Shown here: piece after piece, positions 36,747 to 45,764 of the stretch
How the letters are laid out: each line of letters begins with the position of its first letter
How positions within the stretch are numbered: position 1 is the stretch's first letter
Assembly: GCA_037137775.1 (NCBI GenBank)
Contig: JBAXJQ010000004.1
Span: 1-58,938 of the forward strand
From: Candidatus Falkowbacteria bacterium
GTDB taxonomy: Bacteria > Patescibacteriota > Patescibacteriia > Patescibacteriales > GWE2-39-37
DNA length: 58,938 nt
Direction: 5' to 3'
The notes under the pieces: model-generated
Databases searched by the model: none
What the model was told of the DNA's origin: nothing
The model's input: the letters and a program-made list of their open reading frames with translations, nothing else
Position numbers and translations under genes: made by a program

Positions 36747-37691
36747 ATGGAACCTCTAAAAACTCAAGGTAGTCACACGGCTAAATTTGCCTTTTACTAC
36801 CTACTTTCACTGGTAACGTTACTCTTTACCGCCTTGTCAGTAGGCATGGTTTGGTTTGCGGTAATTGATTTAAAAGTAGCCGACACCTTGGCCATGGGCA
36901 CAGATTCAGGTTCGCTCAGGTTTGCTTTATCGGCTCTACTGATTGCAGCGCCAATTTATTTTTGGATGGCGCGATCAATTGCCGTAAGTCTTAGAAAAGG
37001 TGAGTTAGACCATAACGCACCCATCCGACGTTGGTTAACCTATTTAATTTTGTTTATCGCCAGTGTGGTGGTTATCGGTTGGTTGATCGGCGTATTTAAC
37101 ACTTATTTTAATGGTGAATTAACAAAACGGTTTTCGCTAAAGACGTTAACCGCATTACTCATTTCTGGAGTAGTGTTTAGTTATTATTTTTTTGACATCC
37201 AAGAGCTTTGGCGCGCTAAAGAAAAAATAGTTCGTAACGGCTATCTGTATGGGTCGGTTGCGGTTGTAATTCTTAGTTTGGTGTTTGGCTTTATGTTTAT
37301 GGAGTCACCACGTCTCGCCAGGGAACGTCGTCAAGATGAACAGTTGCTCGCTCAATTTGATCAGATTGACGGAGCAATTAATAGCTACTTTGCGGAAAAC
37401 CAAAAGCTTCCAGCAAGCCTTAAACTTTTAGTAGACGAAAAAAGAATTATTGATACCAAGATATTAACCAATCCAAATAAAGCAGATGAGCAGCTTGGTT
37501 ATAAGCCGGGTAAAGATAAAATTTATGAACTTTGTGCTACCTTTGTAGCTAAGAGTCCAGACAATACATCTTATACATATTATCTTAGCCAACGTTGGCC
37601 GCATGAAGCTGGCTATCAATGTGTTAGTCAACGGCTGACCGCAATTATAGCTCCAGATACCAAACCAATAATTGCGCCAGTAGTTAAATAA
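36747..37691 (+). CDS. DUF5671-like membrane protein with pilin-like C-terminal domain
   Basis: Multiple TM helices, IRRWLTYLILFIA, C-terminal SP..R.RRQD...YELCATF...C. Confidence 0.7.
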   Translation: MEPLKTQGSHTAKFAFYYLLSLVTLLFTALSVGMVWFAVIDLKVADTLAMGTDSGSLRFALSALLIAAPIYFWMARSIAVSLRKGELDHNAPIRRWLTYLILFIASVVVIGWLIGVFNTYFNGELTKRFSLKTLTALLISGVVFSYYFFDIQELWRAKEKIVRNGYLYGSVAVVILSLVFGFMFMESPRLARERRQDEQLLAQFDQIDGAINSYFAENQKLPASLKLLVDEKRIIDTKILTNPNKADEQLGYKPGKDKIYELCATFVAKSPDNTSYTYYLSQRWPHEAGYQCVSQRLTAIIAPDTKPIIAPVVK

Positions 37692-37748
37692 TTTTGCACC
37701 ATTTTGATAAATTTGGTATAATAATAAAAATTATTTACCACTTCATTT

Positions 37749-38750
37749 ATGGCTACTGCTAAAAAAGGCACAGTACAATCAAAAAATTCAACTGATTTTG
37801 ATCCTTTACGACAATCAAACCCAGAGCAGTATCGTGATGCAGAAGGAGTTAGTCTGGGTAAACTACGTTTTGGATTGTGGTATGTTAAAAATACTCCTCT
37901 CATACGGCGCTTTGGTGTTGGTATCTTGTTTTTCGTTTCATTTAGTTTAGCCATTTATGGCATTGGTGGCATATTTTATTATTGGGGTTTTAATTATGCC
38001 AAGGATCAGCAATTAATCAAGGATGAGTTAGCAAGTTCAATTAATCATGATTATATTGTTTTAAGTGGGCCAAAAGAATCAATCTTTGGACCGCCTCAGG
38101 TATTCAATCCGCAAGAAGGAAAATACGATTTTGCATCCGAGATTAAAAATGAAAATGAGCGGTTTTACGCAATGGTAAATTACCACTTCGTGTTCTTAGG
38201 TGGTATGACTTCAGCACGATCCACCATGATTCTGCCAGGTGAAAAAAAACATTTATTCGCGCTAGGCGAGACGCTTGATTCCGCCCCTGTTGGCGCTAAA
38301 CTTGTCATTAATAGCGTTAATTGGCAGCGCATGCAACGTCATCAAATTCCAGATTGGCCAGCGCTTCGCCAACAATTATTAAATATTGAGATTACCGCAC
38401 CAACCTTTGTGCCAGCTAGTGGTACGGGTTTGTCTGATCAAGCAAATATTTCTCAGGTCTCGTTTACTCTTGCTAATAAGACAGTGTATAATTATCTCAA
38501 AGCAGATTTTCAAGTATTACTTTATGGCGGAGGTAATTTAATGGGGGTATATGATTATCCTGCCGGCCCATTATTGTCGGGTGAGACACGAAAAATTAAT
38601 TTTAATTTAGCTGGTAATTACGGGTCAGTTTCCCAAGTAGTAGTGGTGCCTGATATAGATGTTATGAATGCAGGCAATTTCCTCAAAGTTAATAGCAATG
38701 AAACCTTTACTTCAAATCCGGCTTTATTGCCGTATGATTTCCAAAATTAG
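37749..38750 (+). CDS. Single-pass membrane protein with beta-rich extracytoplasmic domains
   Basis: One TM near the N-terminus, 333 aa. Confidence 0.7.
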   Translation: MATAKKGTVQSKNSTDFDPLRQSNPEQYRDAEGVSLGKLRFGLWYVKNTPLIRRFGVGILFFVSFSLAIYGIGGIFYYWGFNYAKDQQLIKDELASSINHDYIVLSGPKESIFGPPQVFNPQEGKYDFASEIKNENERFYAMVNYHFVFLGGMTSARSTMILPGEKKHLFALGETLDSAPVGAKLVINSVNWQRMQRHQIPDWPALRQQLLNIEITAPTFVPASGTGLSDQANISQVSFTLANKTVYNYLKADFQVLLYGGGNLMGVYDYPAGPLLSGETRKINFNLAGNYGSVSQVVVVPDIDVMNAGNFLKVNSNETFTSNPALLPYDFQN

Positions 38751-38759
38751 TTTGACTCT

Positions 38760-39866
38760 ATGTGGCGTAGACTAATCGAATACGCCAAGCACATGGATTG
38801 GATTATGCTAGCGGCAGTATTTTTACTGCTCGCTTTTGGTTTGGTGGAAATTTACAGTGTTTCTTTGGGTCGTGGCGAATCTGATATTGCCATGTTTAAA
38901 AAACAGTTAGCCATGATTTTGATAGGACTTGGTTTAATGTTCTTTATCGCCTTTAATGATTATCATTGGCTCAGAAGCTTTGGTAATTATTTTTATATTC
39001 TGGCGATTATTTCTTTAGTATTGGTTTTGTTTTTTGGCAGAACGATCAATGGCACTAAGGGCTGGTTTTATATTGGCGGTTTTGGCGGTCAACCAGTCGA
39101 ATTTGTTAAGTTTGCCTTGATTTTGTTTTTAGCGCGTTATTTTTCCGCAGTCAGTTTTCGCGCCTCCACCATTAAACATTTAATCGTTACCGGTCTATCG
39201 ACGTTGTTTTTATTTTTCTTGGTCATGCGCCAGCCAGATTTTGGGTCGGCCATGTTATTGTTTGTTTTATGGGTCATTATCATTTTATCGGCAGGTTTAT
39301 CTAAAAAATACATTTTTGTTCTGGTTGGAATTATGGCAATTTTATTTGTTGGGGCCTGGGGGTTTTATTTTAAAGATTATCAAAAACAGCGAGTGCTAAC
39401 TTTTTTTAATCCATCATTTGACCCTCTGGACCAAGGCTATAATGTGGCTCAGGCTATCATCGCTGTTGGTTCTGGTGGATTAACTGGTCGGGGTGTCGGC
39501 TTTGGCTCGCAATCGCAACTCAAATTTTTACCGGAAAGTCAGACGGATTTCATTTTTGCCGTGGTAGCTGAAGAATTGGGCTTTTTGGGGGTGGGGTTAG
39601 TATTTCTTTTTTTCGCCGTCTTTTTCTATCGGTGTATTGCCAGCTTAAAACAGGCCAACAATGATTTTGCTACCCTGTATATATTAGGTGTCATTGGCTT
39701 GATATTTGTTGAAATGTTCGTTAATATTGGTATGAATATTGGCATTTTGCCCGTGGTCGGTATTGCCTTGCCATTTATCAGCTATGGCGGTAGTGCAGCG
39801 GTTATAAACCTCATAATGGTCGGGGTCTTGCAAAGTATTATTATTCGTTCTAGAATGAGTTATTAA
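38760..39866 (+). CDS. rodA: SEDS peptidoglycan glycosyltransferase (RodA/FtsW family)
   Basis: QPVEFVK, QPDFGSA, LPESQTDFIF, LPFISYGGS. RodA versus FtsW is not certain. Confidence 0.8.
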   Translation: MWRRLIEYAKHMDWIMLAAVFLLLAFGLVEIYSVSLGRGESDIAMFKKQLAMILIGLGLMFFIAFNDYHWLRSFGNYFYILAIISLVLVLFFGRTINGTKGWFYIGGFGGQPVEFVKFALILFLARYFSAVSFRASTIKHLIVTGLSTLFLFFLVMRQPDFGSAMLLFVLWVIIILSAGLSKKYIFVLVGIMAILFVGAWGFYFKDYQKQRVLTFFNPSFDPLDQGYNVAQAIIAVGSGGLTGRGVGFGSQSQLKFLPESQTDFIFAVVAEELGFLGVGLVFLFFAVFFYRCIASLKQANNDFATLYILGVIGLIFVEMFVNIGMNIGILPVVGIALPFISYGGSAAVINLIMVGVLQSIIIRSRMSY

Positions 39867-39890
39867 AATATTAATTGTTAAATATTCGTT

Positions 39891-40523
39891 ATGAAAGAAA
39901 CTTTTAGCTTAACTGCCCAAAAAAGAGATGTAAAAATTGAACGTCCACGACAATTACGTCGCGATGGCCAGGTACCAGCCGTGGTTTATGGTCTAGAATT
40001 TGCCAGCCAGTCGATCAAACTTGTCGCCTCAGATTTAGACAAAGTTATTTATAAGGCAGGCGAAACTCACTTGGTAGAGCTTGCGATCGAAGGCACTGCG
40101 CCAGTCAAGGTTTTAATCTATGACGTGGCTCGTGATTTGGTTAAAAACAAGTTAATTCATGTTGATTTTCTCAAGGTAGACATGAAAGAGAAAATTACTA
40201 TTGAAATCCCACTACATTTTATTGGTGAGGCTAAAGTGGTCAAAGACTTTGGTGCCGTATTGTCTCGGGCTCATGACCATTTAGAGGTCGAATGTTTACC
40301 CGATGCCTTGGTTGATTTTATCGAAGTTGATGTTTCTGTGTTAGCCGAGATGGGTGACCAGATTCACGTTCGTGATATTTCCTTGCCAACCGGCATGATT
40401 ACAACTTTGGATGGCGATGATGTGTTGGTGAGTGTAATTGTACCAGAAACTCAGGAGGAGATTGTTCCAATTGAAGTCGCACCAGTTGTCGAGCCAGTCG
40501 CCGGCAAAGCGAAAGCGGAGTAA
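39891..40523 (+). CDS. rplY: 50S ribosomal protein bL25/Ctc
   Basis: LRRDGQVPAVVYG, IHVDF, IPLHFIGE. Confidence 0.95.
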   Translation: MKETFSLTAQKRDVKIERPRQLRRDGQVPAVVYGLEFASQSIKLVASDLDKVIYKAGETHLVELAIEGTAPVKVLIYDVARDLVKNKLIHVDFLKVDMKEKITIEIPLHFIGEAKVVKDFGAVLSRAHDHLEVECLPDALVDFIEVDVSVLAEMGDQIHVRDISLPTGMITTLDGDDVLVSVIVPETQEEIVPIEVAPVVEPVAGKAKAE

Positions 40524-40560
40524 TTTAGCAAAGCACAAATTTTTACAAAAAACGCCCGCC

Positions 40561-41418
40561 TTAGTGCGAGCGTTTTTTGATATGGCCGAGGCGGTTGTGG
40601 CCGCGAAGATCTTTAAGTAGAGTAAATGTAGAATCGGGAAATGATTGTTTAGCTAAAGTGGTGAAGCGCTGTTTTTGGCTCGGATCAATTTCGCAGAATA
40701 AGTCAAAGGCAGATAAATTAAGTGAGTTTATTTGTTTAAATAATTTCTGGTACAACACTAGCCCATGTTCACCACCATCCAGTGCCAGCCGTGGCTCATG
40801 TGCTATACTGGGCGAGGTATCAATCTGCAAACGGGTAAGGTAAGGCAAGTTGGCAATAAAAACAGGTACTGCTGTTTTATTATGTATGAAATCTTTAGTC
40901 TTGAGGGAGACTAATAAATTGTTTTTAATAAAAGTAATGTCAACTTGATGTAGCATGGCATTACGTTTCGCTACTGTCAGGGCGTTACTGGAAATATCAA
41001 CGGCAGTTACTTTTGCATTAGGTAATAGTTTGGCCAATGTAATGGCAATACAGCCGGAGCCAGTACCAATATCAATAATAGTAAGCGGTTGATTTGTAAT
41101 ATGTGATAGTGCCAAAACTTGTTCGATAATTAATTCGGTTTCTGGACGAGGAATTAAAACGCTGGGCGTAACTTCAAAGTCTAAGCCATAAAATGCTTGT
41201 TGACCGACTAAATAAGCGATTGGCCAACCACGTTGGCGGTTAGTAATCAATTGTAAAAATGTACGTTCTGATTTTTTTGTAATAATTATTTCTGGGTGAG
41301 TGAGTATGTGCTCGCGAGTGCATGATAACACATGCACCAAAAGCAATTCGGCTTCAAAGCGGTTTAGCTTATTTTTAATGAGTTTTGCCCCAGAGTGTAT
41401 TGCCTCGCCTATGGTCAT
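40561..41418 (-). CDS. prmC: Release factor glutamine methyltransferase
   Basis: VLIPRPETE, DIGTGSGCI, ANLPY, ALDGG. Lies downstream of prfA. Confidence 0.95.
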   Translation of the reverse strand: MTIGEAIHSGAKLIKNKLNRFEAELLLVHVLSCTREHILTHPEIIITKKSERTFLQLITNRQRGWPIAYLVGQQAFYGLDFEVTPSVLIPRPETELIIEQVLALSHITNQPLTIIDIGTGSGCIAITLAKLLPNAKVTAVDISSNALTVAKRNAMLHQVDITFIKNNLLVSLKTKDFIHNKTAVPVFIANLPYLTRLQIDTSPSIAHEPRLALDGGEHGLVLYQKLFKQINSLNLSAFDLFCEIDPSQKQRFTTLAKQSFPDSTFTLLKDLRGHNRLGHIKKRSH

Positions 41419-41422
41419 GGGA

Positions 41423-42475
41423 TTATTTGCTAGAGCGCAATTCTTTGAGGGTTTGCCTGAGGGCGGTAATGATCTCGGCTAATTCGCCATCCATAATGCG
41501 ACTGATGGAATGCCACGAAGTATTGATGCGATGGTCAGTTACCCGATCTTGTGGGAAGTTGTAGGTACGGATTTTTTCGGAGCGATCACCAGTGCCGATT
41601 TGCGCTTTGCGCTCGGCTGCCTCCTTTTGTTGTTGATCGAAGCGGTATTTTTCATACAAGCGAGTGCGCAATACTTCGAGGGCCTTCACTTTATTTTGCT
41701 GTTGTGATTTTTGGTCTTGGCAGGTTACCACCAAACCAGTGGGGAGGTGGGTGATTCGAATGGCCGAGTTGGTGGTGTTCACTTTTTGTCCACCAGGTCC
41801 GGAGGCGGCGTAGGTATCGATGCGAATTTCTTCTGCTTTAATCTGTACATCAACTTCGGTGGCTTCCGGTAATACAGCCACCGTAGCGGCCGAGGTATGA
41901 ATACGTCCGGCCTTCTCTGTTTCTGGTACACGTTGGACGCGATGCGTGCCAGATTCGAATTTTAAATTAGAATACACATTTTTACCGGCAATTTGAAACA
42001 CAATTTCTTTATAGCCACCAAGTCCGGTCGCGTTGGAATCGAGCAGTTGTAATTTCCAGCCCATGCGTTCACAAAAGCGGGAATACATGCGAAACAGATC
42101 GGCAGCAAATAGGGAAGACTCATCGCCACCCGTACCGGCGCGAATTTCCATGATAATATTTTTTTTGTCATCCGGATCTTCAGGATGTAATTCGGTTTCA
42201 ATTTGTTCATGCAAGTCTATCGCCTTGGCCTCAAGCTCTGGTAGTTCGGCATTGGCCATCTCTGCCAGCTCCGTATCTTCATTGCTGGCAATCATTTCTT
42301 TGTTTTGTTCGATGGCTCTGGTTATTTGCTCCCATTCAGAAATCAACCCAATCACTTCTTTCAGTTCGGCATGCTTTTGAGAAAGCGTGCGTAACTGATC
42401 CATGTCGCATGAGACCTCGGTGCTGGCTAGTGCTTGCTCCAATTCATTAAATTGTTGTTTGATGGTTTCGTACAT
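41423..42475 (-). CDS. prfA: Peptide chain release factor 1
   Basis: EIRAGTGG, RVPETE (PxT), GPGGQ, RTYNFPQDR. Confidence 0.98.
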   Translation of the reverse strand: MYETIKQQFNELEQALASTEVSCDMDQLRTLSQKHAELKEVIGLISEWEQITRAIEQNKEMIASNEDTELAEMANAELPELEAKAIDLHEQIETELHPEDPDDKKNIIMEIRAGTGGDESSLFAADLFRMYSRFCERMGWKLQLLDSNATGLGGYKEIVFQIAGKNVYSNLKFESGTHRVQRVPETEKAGRIHTSAATVAVLPEATEVDVQIKAEEIRIDTYAASGPGGQKVNTTNSAIRITHLPTGLVVTCQDQKSQQQNKVKALEVLRTRLYEKYRFDQQQKEAAERKAQIGTGDRSEKIRTYNFPQDRVTDHRINTSWHSISRIMDGELAEIITALRQTLKELRSSK

Positions 42476-42487
42476 ATTGCAATAAAA

Positions 42488-42544
42488 AACGGTTATCTGG
42501 TTTTACGGGCGAATGATTCACCACTGCAAAACGAGATAACCGTT
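42488..42544 (-). terminator. Long hairpin between rpmE and prfA
   Basis: AACGGTTATCT...AGATAACCGTT with inner pairing, followed by a T-run on the minus strand. Confidence 0.6.
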
Positions 42545-42551
42545 AGAATAG

Positions 42552-42836
42552 TTATTTGCTGGTTTTATCTGCCTTGGCTTTGGCCTTGGCAGCGCGTTTG
42601 ACGGTCTTACCTTTGCGAGTTTCACTAACCGCTGCCTTAGCATCAGCTTTGGCACGGAATTTTTCAACGCGACGGGCAGGGTCAACCAACTTTTGTTTGC
42701 CGGTGTAGAATGGGTGGCAAGCCGAGCAAAGCTCAGTTTTGATTTCGGACAGGGTAGAGCCGGTCACGAAAGTGTTGCCACAGGCACAGGTAACCGTGGC
42801 TTCCGTGTGGTACTGTGGGTGGATGTCCTTTTTCAT
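42552..42836 (-). CDS. rpmE: 50S ribosomal protein bL31 (Zn-binding type)
   Basis: [25 protein letters not shown]. Start at ATG 42836. Confidence 0.97.
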   Translation of the reverse strand: MKKDIHPQYHTEATVTCACGNTFVTGSTLSEIKTELCSACHPFYTGKQKLVDPARRVEKFRAKADAKAAVSETRKGKTVKRAAKAKAKADKTSK

Positions 42837-43266
42837 AAATATATTGCCTCGGTTGAGGCCTAGTAATAAAAAAACTTCTTTCCAAATGGTCAAAAGCCTT
42901 ATTATAGTATTATATTATCGCCTCTCTGTCAAATATTGGCTAGGGAATTAACCCAATCACAGCTAAACCAATTGCTGAAATCAATAATTTAATTACTGAA
43001 AACCAAATCAAGTGCTTTTTCTTGATTTTTTTGGCTAATTTTAAATATTTTTTTACTTTTTCCATTAGGATGTTTAAAGGAATACTTTATATTATAGCAT
43101 ATATTATTTATATTGTCAATATTTACAAATTTTGATAAAGCTTTTAGTATATAGATAACTTTCCTTGTATTAAGCAAGGGATATAATTATAAACTCTCAT
43201 GCTTTGCTGGTTTTCTTGTCCGGTTCGGAACCGGATTCCGCGAAGCAGAGGCTAAAAGAAAACACT

Positions 43267-43977
43267 ATGGAAAATCTTCCATCATTAGAGGAGATGCTTA
43301 AGGCTGGTATGCATTTTGGGCATCGTACTTCAAAATGGCACCCTAAAATGGCGCCATACATTTTTAGTTCACGCAATGGCGTGCACATCTTGAATCTCAC
43401 TAAGAGTAAGCAGTTGTTAAAGCAAGCTTTGGTGGTTCTTGAACAAGCAGCCAGCGAAGGCAAAACCATTTTATTGGTCGGCAGTAAGACTCAAGTTAAG
43501 ACTGTTTTGAAAGAATCAGCCTTGGCTTGTAACATGCCTTATGTCAACGAAGGTTGGCTGGGTGGCACTATTACAAACTTTGCCATTATCCGCAAAGCGA
43601 TTCGTAAGTATAAAGACTTGCTGGCTGAACGCGATGGTGGTAAGTTGGATAAGTACACCAAGAAAGAGCGTTTGCAAATCGATCGCGAAATTAACCGCCT
43701 AGACAAAAAGGTTGGTGGCTTGGTTAATCTAAACAAGGCGCCGGACATTATGTTTATCTGGGACATCAAAGAAGAAAAAACAGCTTTGGCTGAGGCAAAA
43801 AAATGCGGTATTACCGTGGTGGCAGTTTGTGACACCAATGTTAACCCACAAAATGTCGATTATGTCATTCCAGCTAACGACGATGCCAGTAAGACTATTA
43901 GCATGATTCTTGGCTTGATCAGCGTATCCATTAAACAGGGTGTGGAACATATCGGTCAAAAACCACAAAACAAATAA
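43267..43977 (+). CDS. rpsB: 30S ribosomal protein uS2
   Basis: MLKAGMHFGH, WLGGTITN, DTN, IPANDD. Start at ATG 43267. Confidence 0.98.
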   Translation: MENLPSLEEMLKAGMHFGHRTSKWHPKMAPYIFSSRNGVHILNLTKSKQLLKQALVVLEQAASEGKTILLVGSKTQVKTVLKESALACNMPYVNEGWLGGTITNFAIIRKAIRKYKDLLAERDGGKLDKYTKKERLQIDREINRLDKKVGGLVNLNKAPDIMFIWDIKEEKTALAEAKKCGITVVAVCDTNVNPQNVDYVIPANDDASKTISMILGLISVSIKQGVEHIGQKPQNK

Positions 43978-44003
43978 GTTAACTCACTAATTATTGCACC
44001 CCT

Positions 44004-44816
44004 ATGGCAATATCTTTAGAGCTCATTAAAGCCCTGCGTGAGAAATCTGGCGCAGGCATGTCCGATTGTAAAAATGCTTTAGACGAGGCGGCTGGTGATA
44101 TGGATAAGGCAATCGATATTTTACGCAAAAAGGGCATTGCGAAAGCGGCCAAGCGAAACGATCGTGAAACCGGTGAAGGTTTGATTAAGATAGCGATCAA
44201 TGAAGAAAATAATGAAGGCTATATTTTTGAAATTAACGCCGAGACCGACTTTGTCGTTCGCAGCGAACAATTTCAGCAGTTTGCCAATGATTTAAACGTA
44301 GTAGTGGTGGCTGGTCGTCCAGAACACCTTGAGGCGTTTTTGAATTTACAGATGAACGATGGTATTTCGGTGCGCGAGGCACTGGAACGACTCAGTTCAA
44401 TTGTGGGTGAAAAGCTAGAAATTAAACGGTATGCCATGATCACATCTGGTGGCACTGTGGCTGCTTATAGTCATGCGGGCGAGCAGATTGGCTCACTCGT
44501 AGCCATTGATTTGCCGATGCAGTCAGAGCTTGCTAAGGAAATTGCCATGCAGGTTGCTGCCAGTAATCCAAAATACATTTCAAGTGATGAAATTGAACCG
44601 GCTGAGTTAGCCAGAGAAAAAGATATTTATTTAGAACAGCTTCGCAAGGAGGGCAAACCGGAAGAAATGTTGGAAAAAATTGTTGGTGGCAAACTAAATA
44701 AATTTTTTGAAGATATTTGCTTATTGAATCAGGAGTTTATCAAAGATGACACGAAAAAAGTAAGCGATTTGCTTAAGGGGGCAAAGATAGAACAGTTTGT
44801 CCGTTACGCCTTGTAA
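44004..44816 (+). CDS. tsf: Elongation factor Ts
   Basis: LREKSGAGMSDCKNAL, ETDFV. Confidence 0.98.
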   Translation: MAISLELIKALREKSGAGMSDCKNALDEAAGDMDKAIDILRKKGIAKAAKRNDRETGEGLIKIAINEENNEGYIFEINAETDFVVRSEQFQQFANDLNVVVVAGRPEHLEAFLNLQMNDGISVREALERLSSIVGEKLEIKRYAMITSGGTVAAYSHAGEQIGSLVAIDLPMQSELAKEIAMQVAASNPKYISSDEIEPAELAREKDIYLEQLRKEGKPEEMLEKIVGGKLNKFFEDICLLNQEFIKDDTKKVSDLLKGAKIEQFVRYAL

Positions 44817-44852
44817 TTTTATTTACTAGTCCGATTTATCGGATCATCATAT

Positions 44853-45671
44853 ATGCGTCTTGCAAAAATTCGAATCATGCCGTGGGATAAATCGACCTAT
44901 GCTGATCCTGCTGGTGTATCGATTAATACAGGTGAATGGGCAGTGGTAAAAACCGACCAAGGAGCTGAGCTGGGTCAGGTGCTTGGCTTTGAACAAGCCG
45001 AGACGGCTTTGCCGACCAACGCTGATGCCGAAGGGCAAAATGTGTTAGTACGCCGAGCGACTATAGAGGACTTGGAAAAAATTCCTGACGCGGAAAGGCG
45101 TCAGTCAGTTTTAGCTGAGTGCAGGCAGTTAGTCGCCAAACATAATTTAGCCATGAAGTTGATTGATGTTCATTTCTCCTTGGATGGCTCAAAGCTAACT
45201 ATCGCTTTTATTGCCGATGGTCGAGTTGATTTTCGCGATTTAGTCAAAGACATGACCCGATCATTCAATCGTACTATTCGATTGCAGCAGATCGGTATTC
45301 GCGACGAAGCCCGGTTAATGGGTGATTGTGGTCACTGTGGCAAAACACTTTGTTGCCGCACTCATTTAAAAGATTTTGCTTCTATTACCTCAGAGATGGC
45401 CGAAGCGCAACAGTGCGAACATCGTGGCTCGGATCGTATCTCCGGAGCATGTGGACGTTTGATGTGTTGCCTGGCCTATGAATTGCCTGGCTACGTGGAA
45501 ATGTCAAAAAGCATGCCCCAAATCGGATCGGTAATTGTACACGAAGGGGTAAAAGGCGAGGTATTATCTCATCATTATCTCAAAGGCACCGTGAGCGCCA
45601 AGTTTCCTGATGTTGACGGGCGAGGTGGCTATGCCATTATTGAAGTGCCAGTAGGGAAAGACAAAAAATAG
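44853..45671 (+). CDS. PSP1-domain protein (RicT/YaaT family)
   Basis: ADGRVDFRDLV, QIGIRDEA, CGKTLCC, ISGACGRLMCCLAYE. Confidence 0.92.
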   Translation: MRLAKIRIMPWDKSTYADPAGVSINTGEWAVVKTDQGAELGQVLGFEQAETALPTNADAEGQNVLVRRATIEDLEKIPDAERRQSVLAECRQLVAKHNLAMKLIDVHFSLDGSKLTIAFIADGRVDFRDLVKDMTRSFNRTIRLQQIGIRDEARLMGDCGHCGKTLCCRTHLKDFASITSEMAEAQQCEHRGSDRISGACGRLMCCLAYELPGYVEMSKSMPQIGSVIVHEGVKGEVLSHHYLKGTVSAKFPDVDGRGGYAIIEVPVGKDKK

Positions 45672-45688
45672 CATAAGCTTATATCATG

Positions 45689-45717
45689 AAAAATAACGCC
45701 TCAGGGCGTTGTTTTTT
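45689..45717 (+). terminator. Intrinsic terminator
   Basis: AAAAATAACGCC-TCAG-GGCGTTGTTTTTT. Confidence 0.75.
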
Positions 45718-45764
45718 ATGGTAAAAAAGGGCATAATAAGAGCATAACGTTTTAATTATTATTT

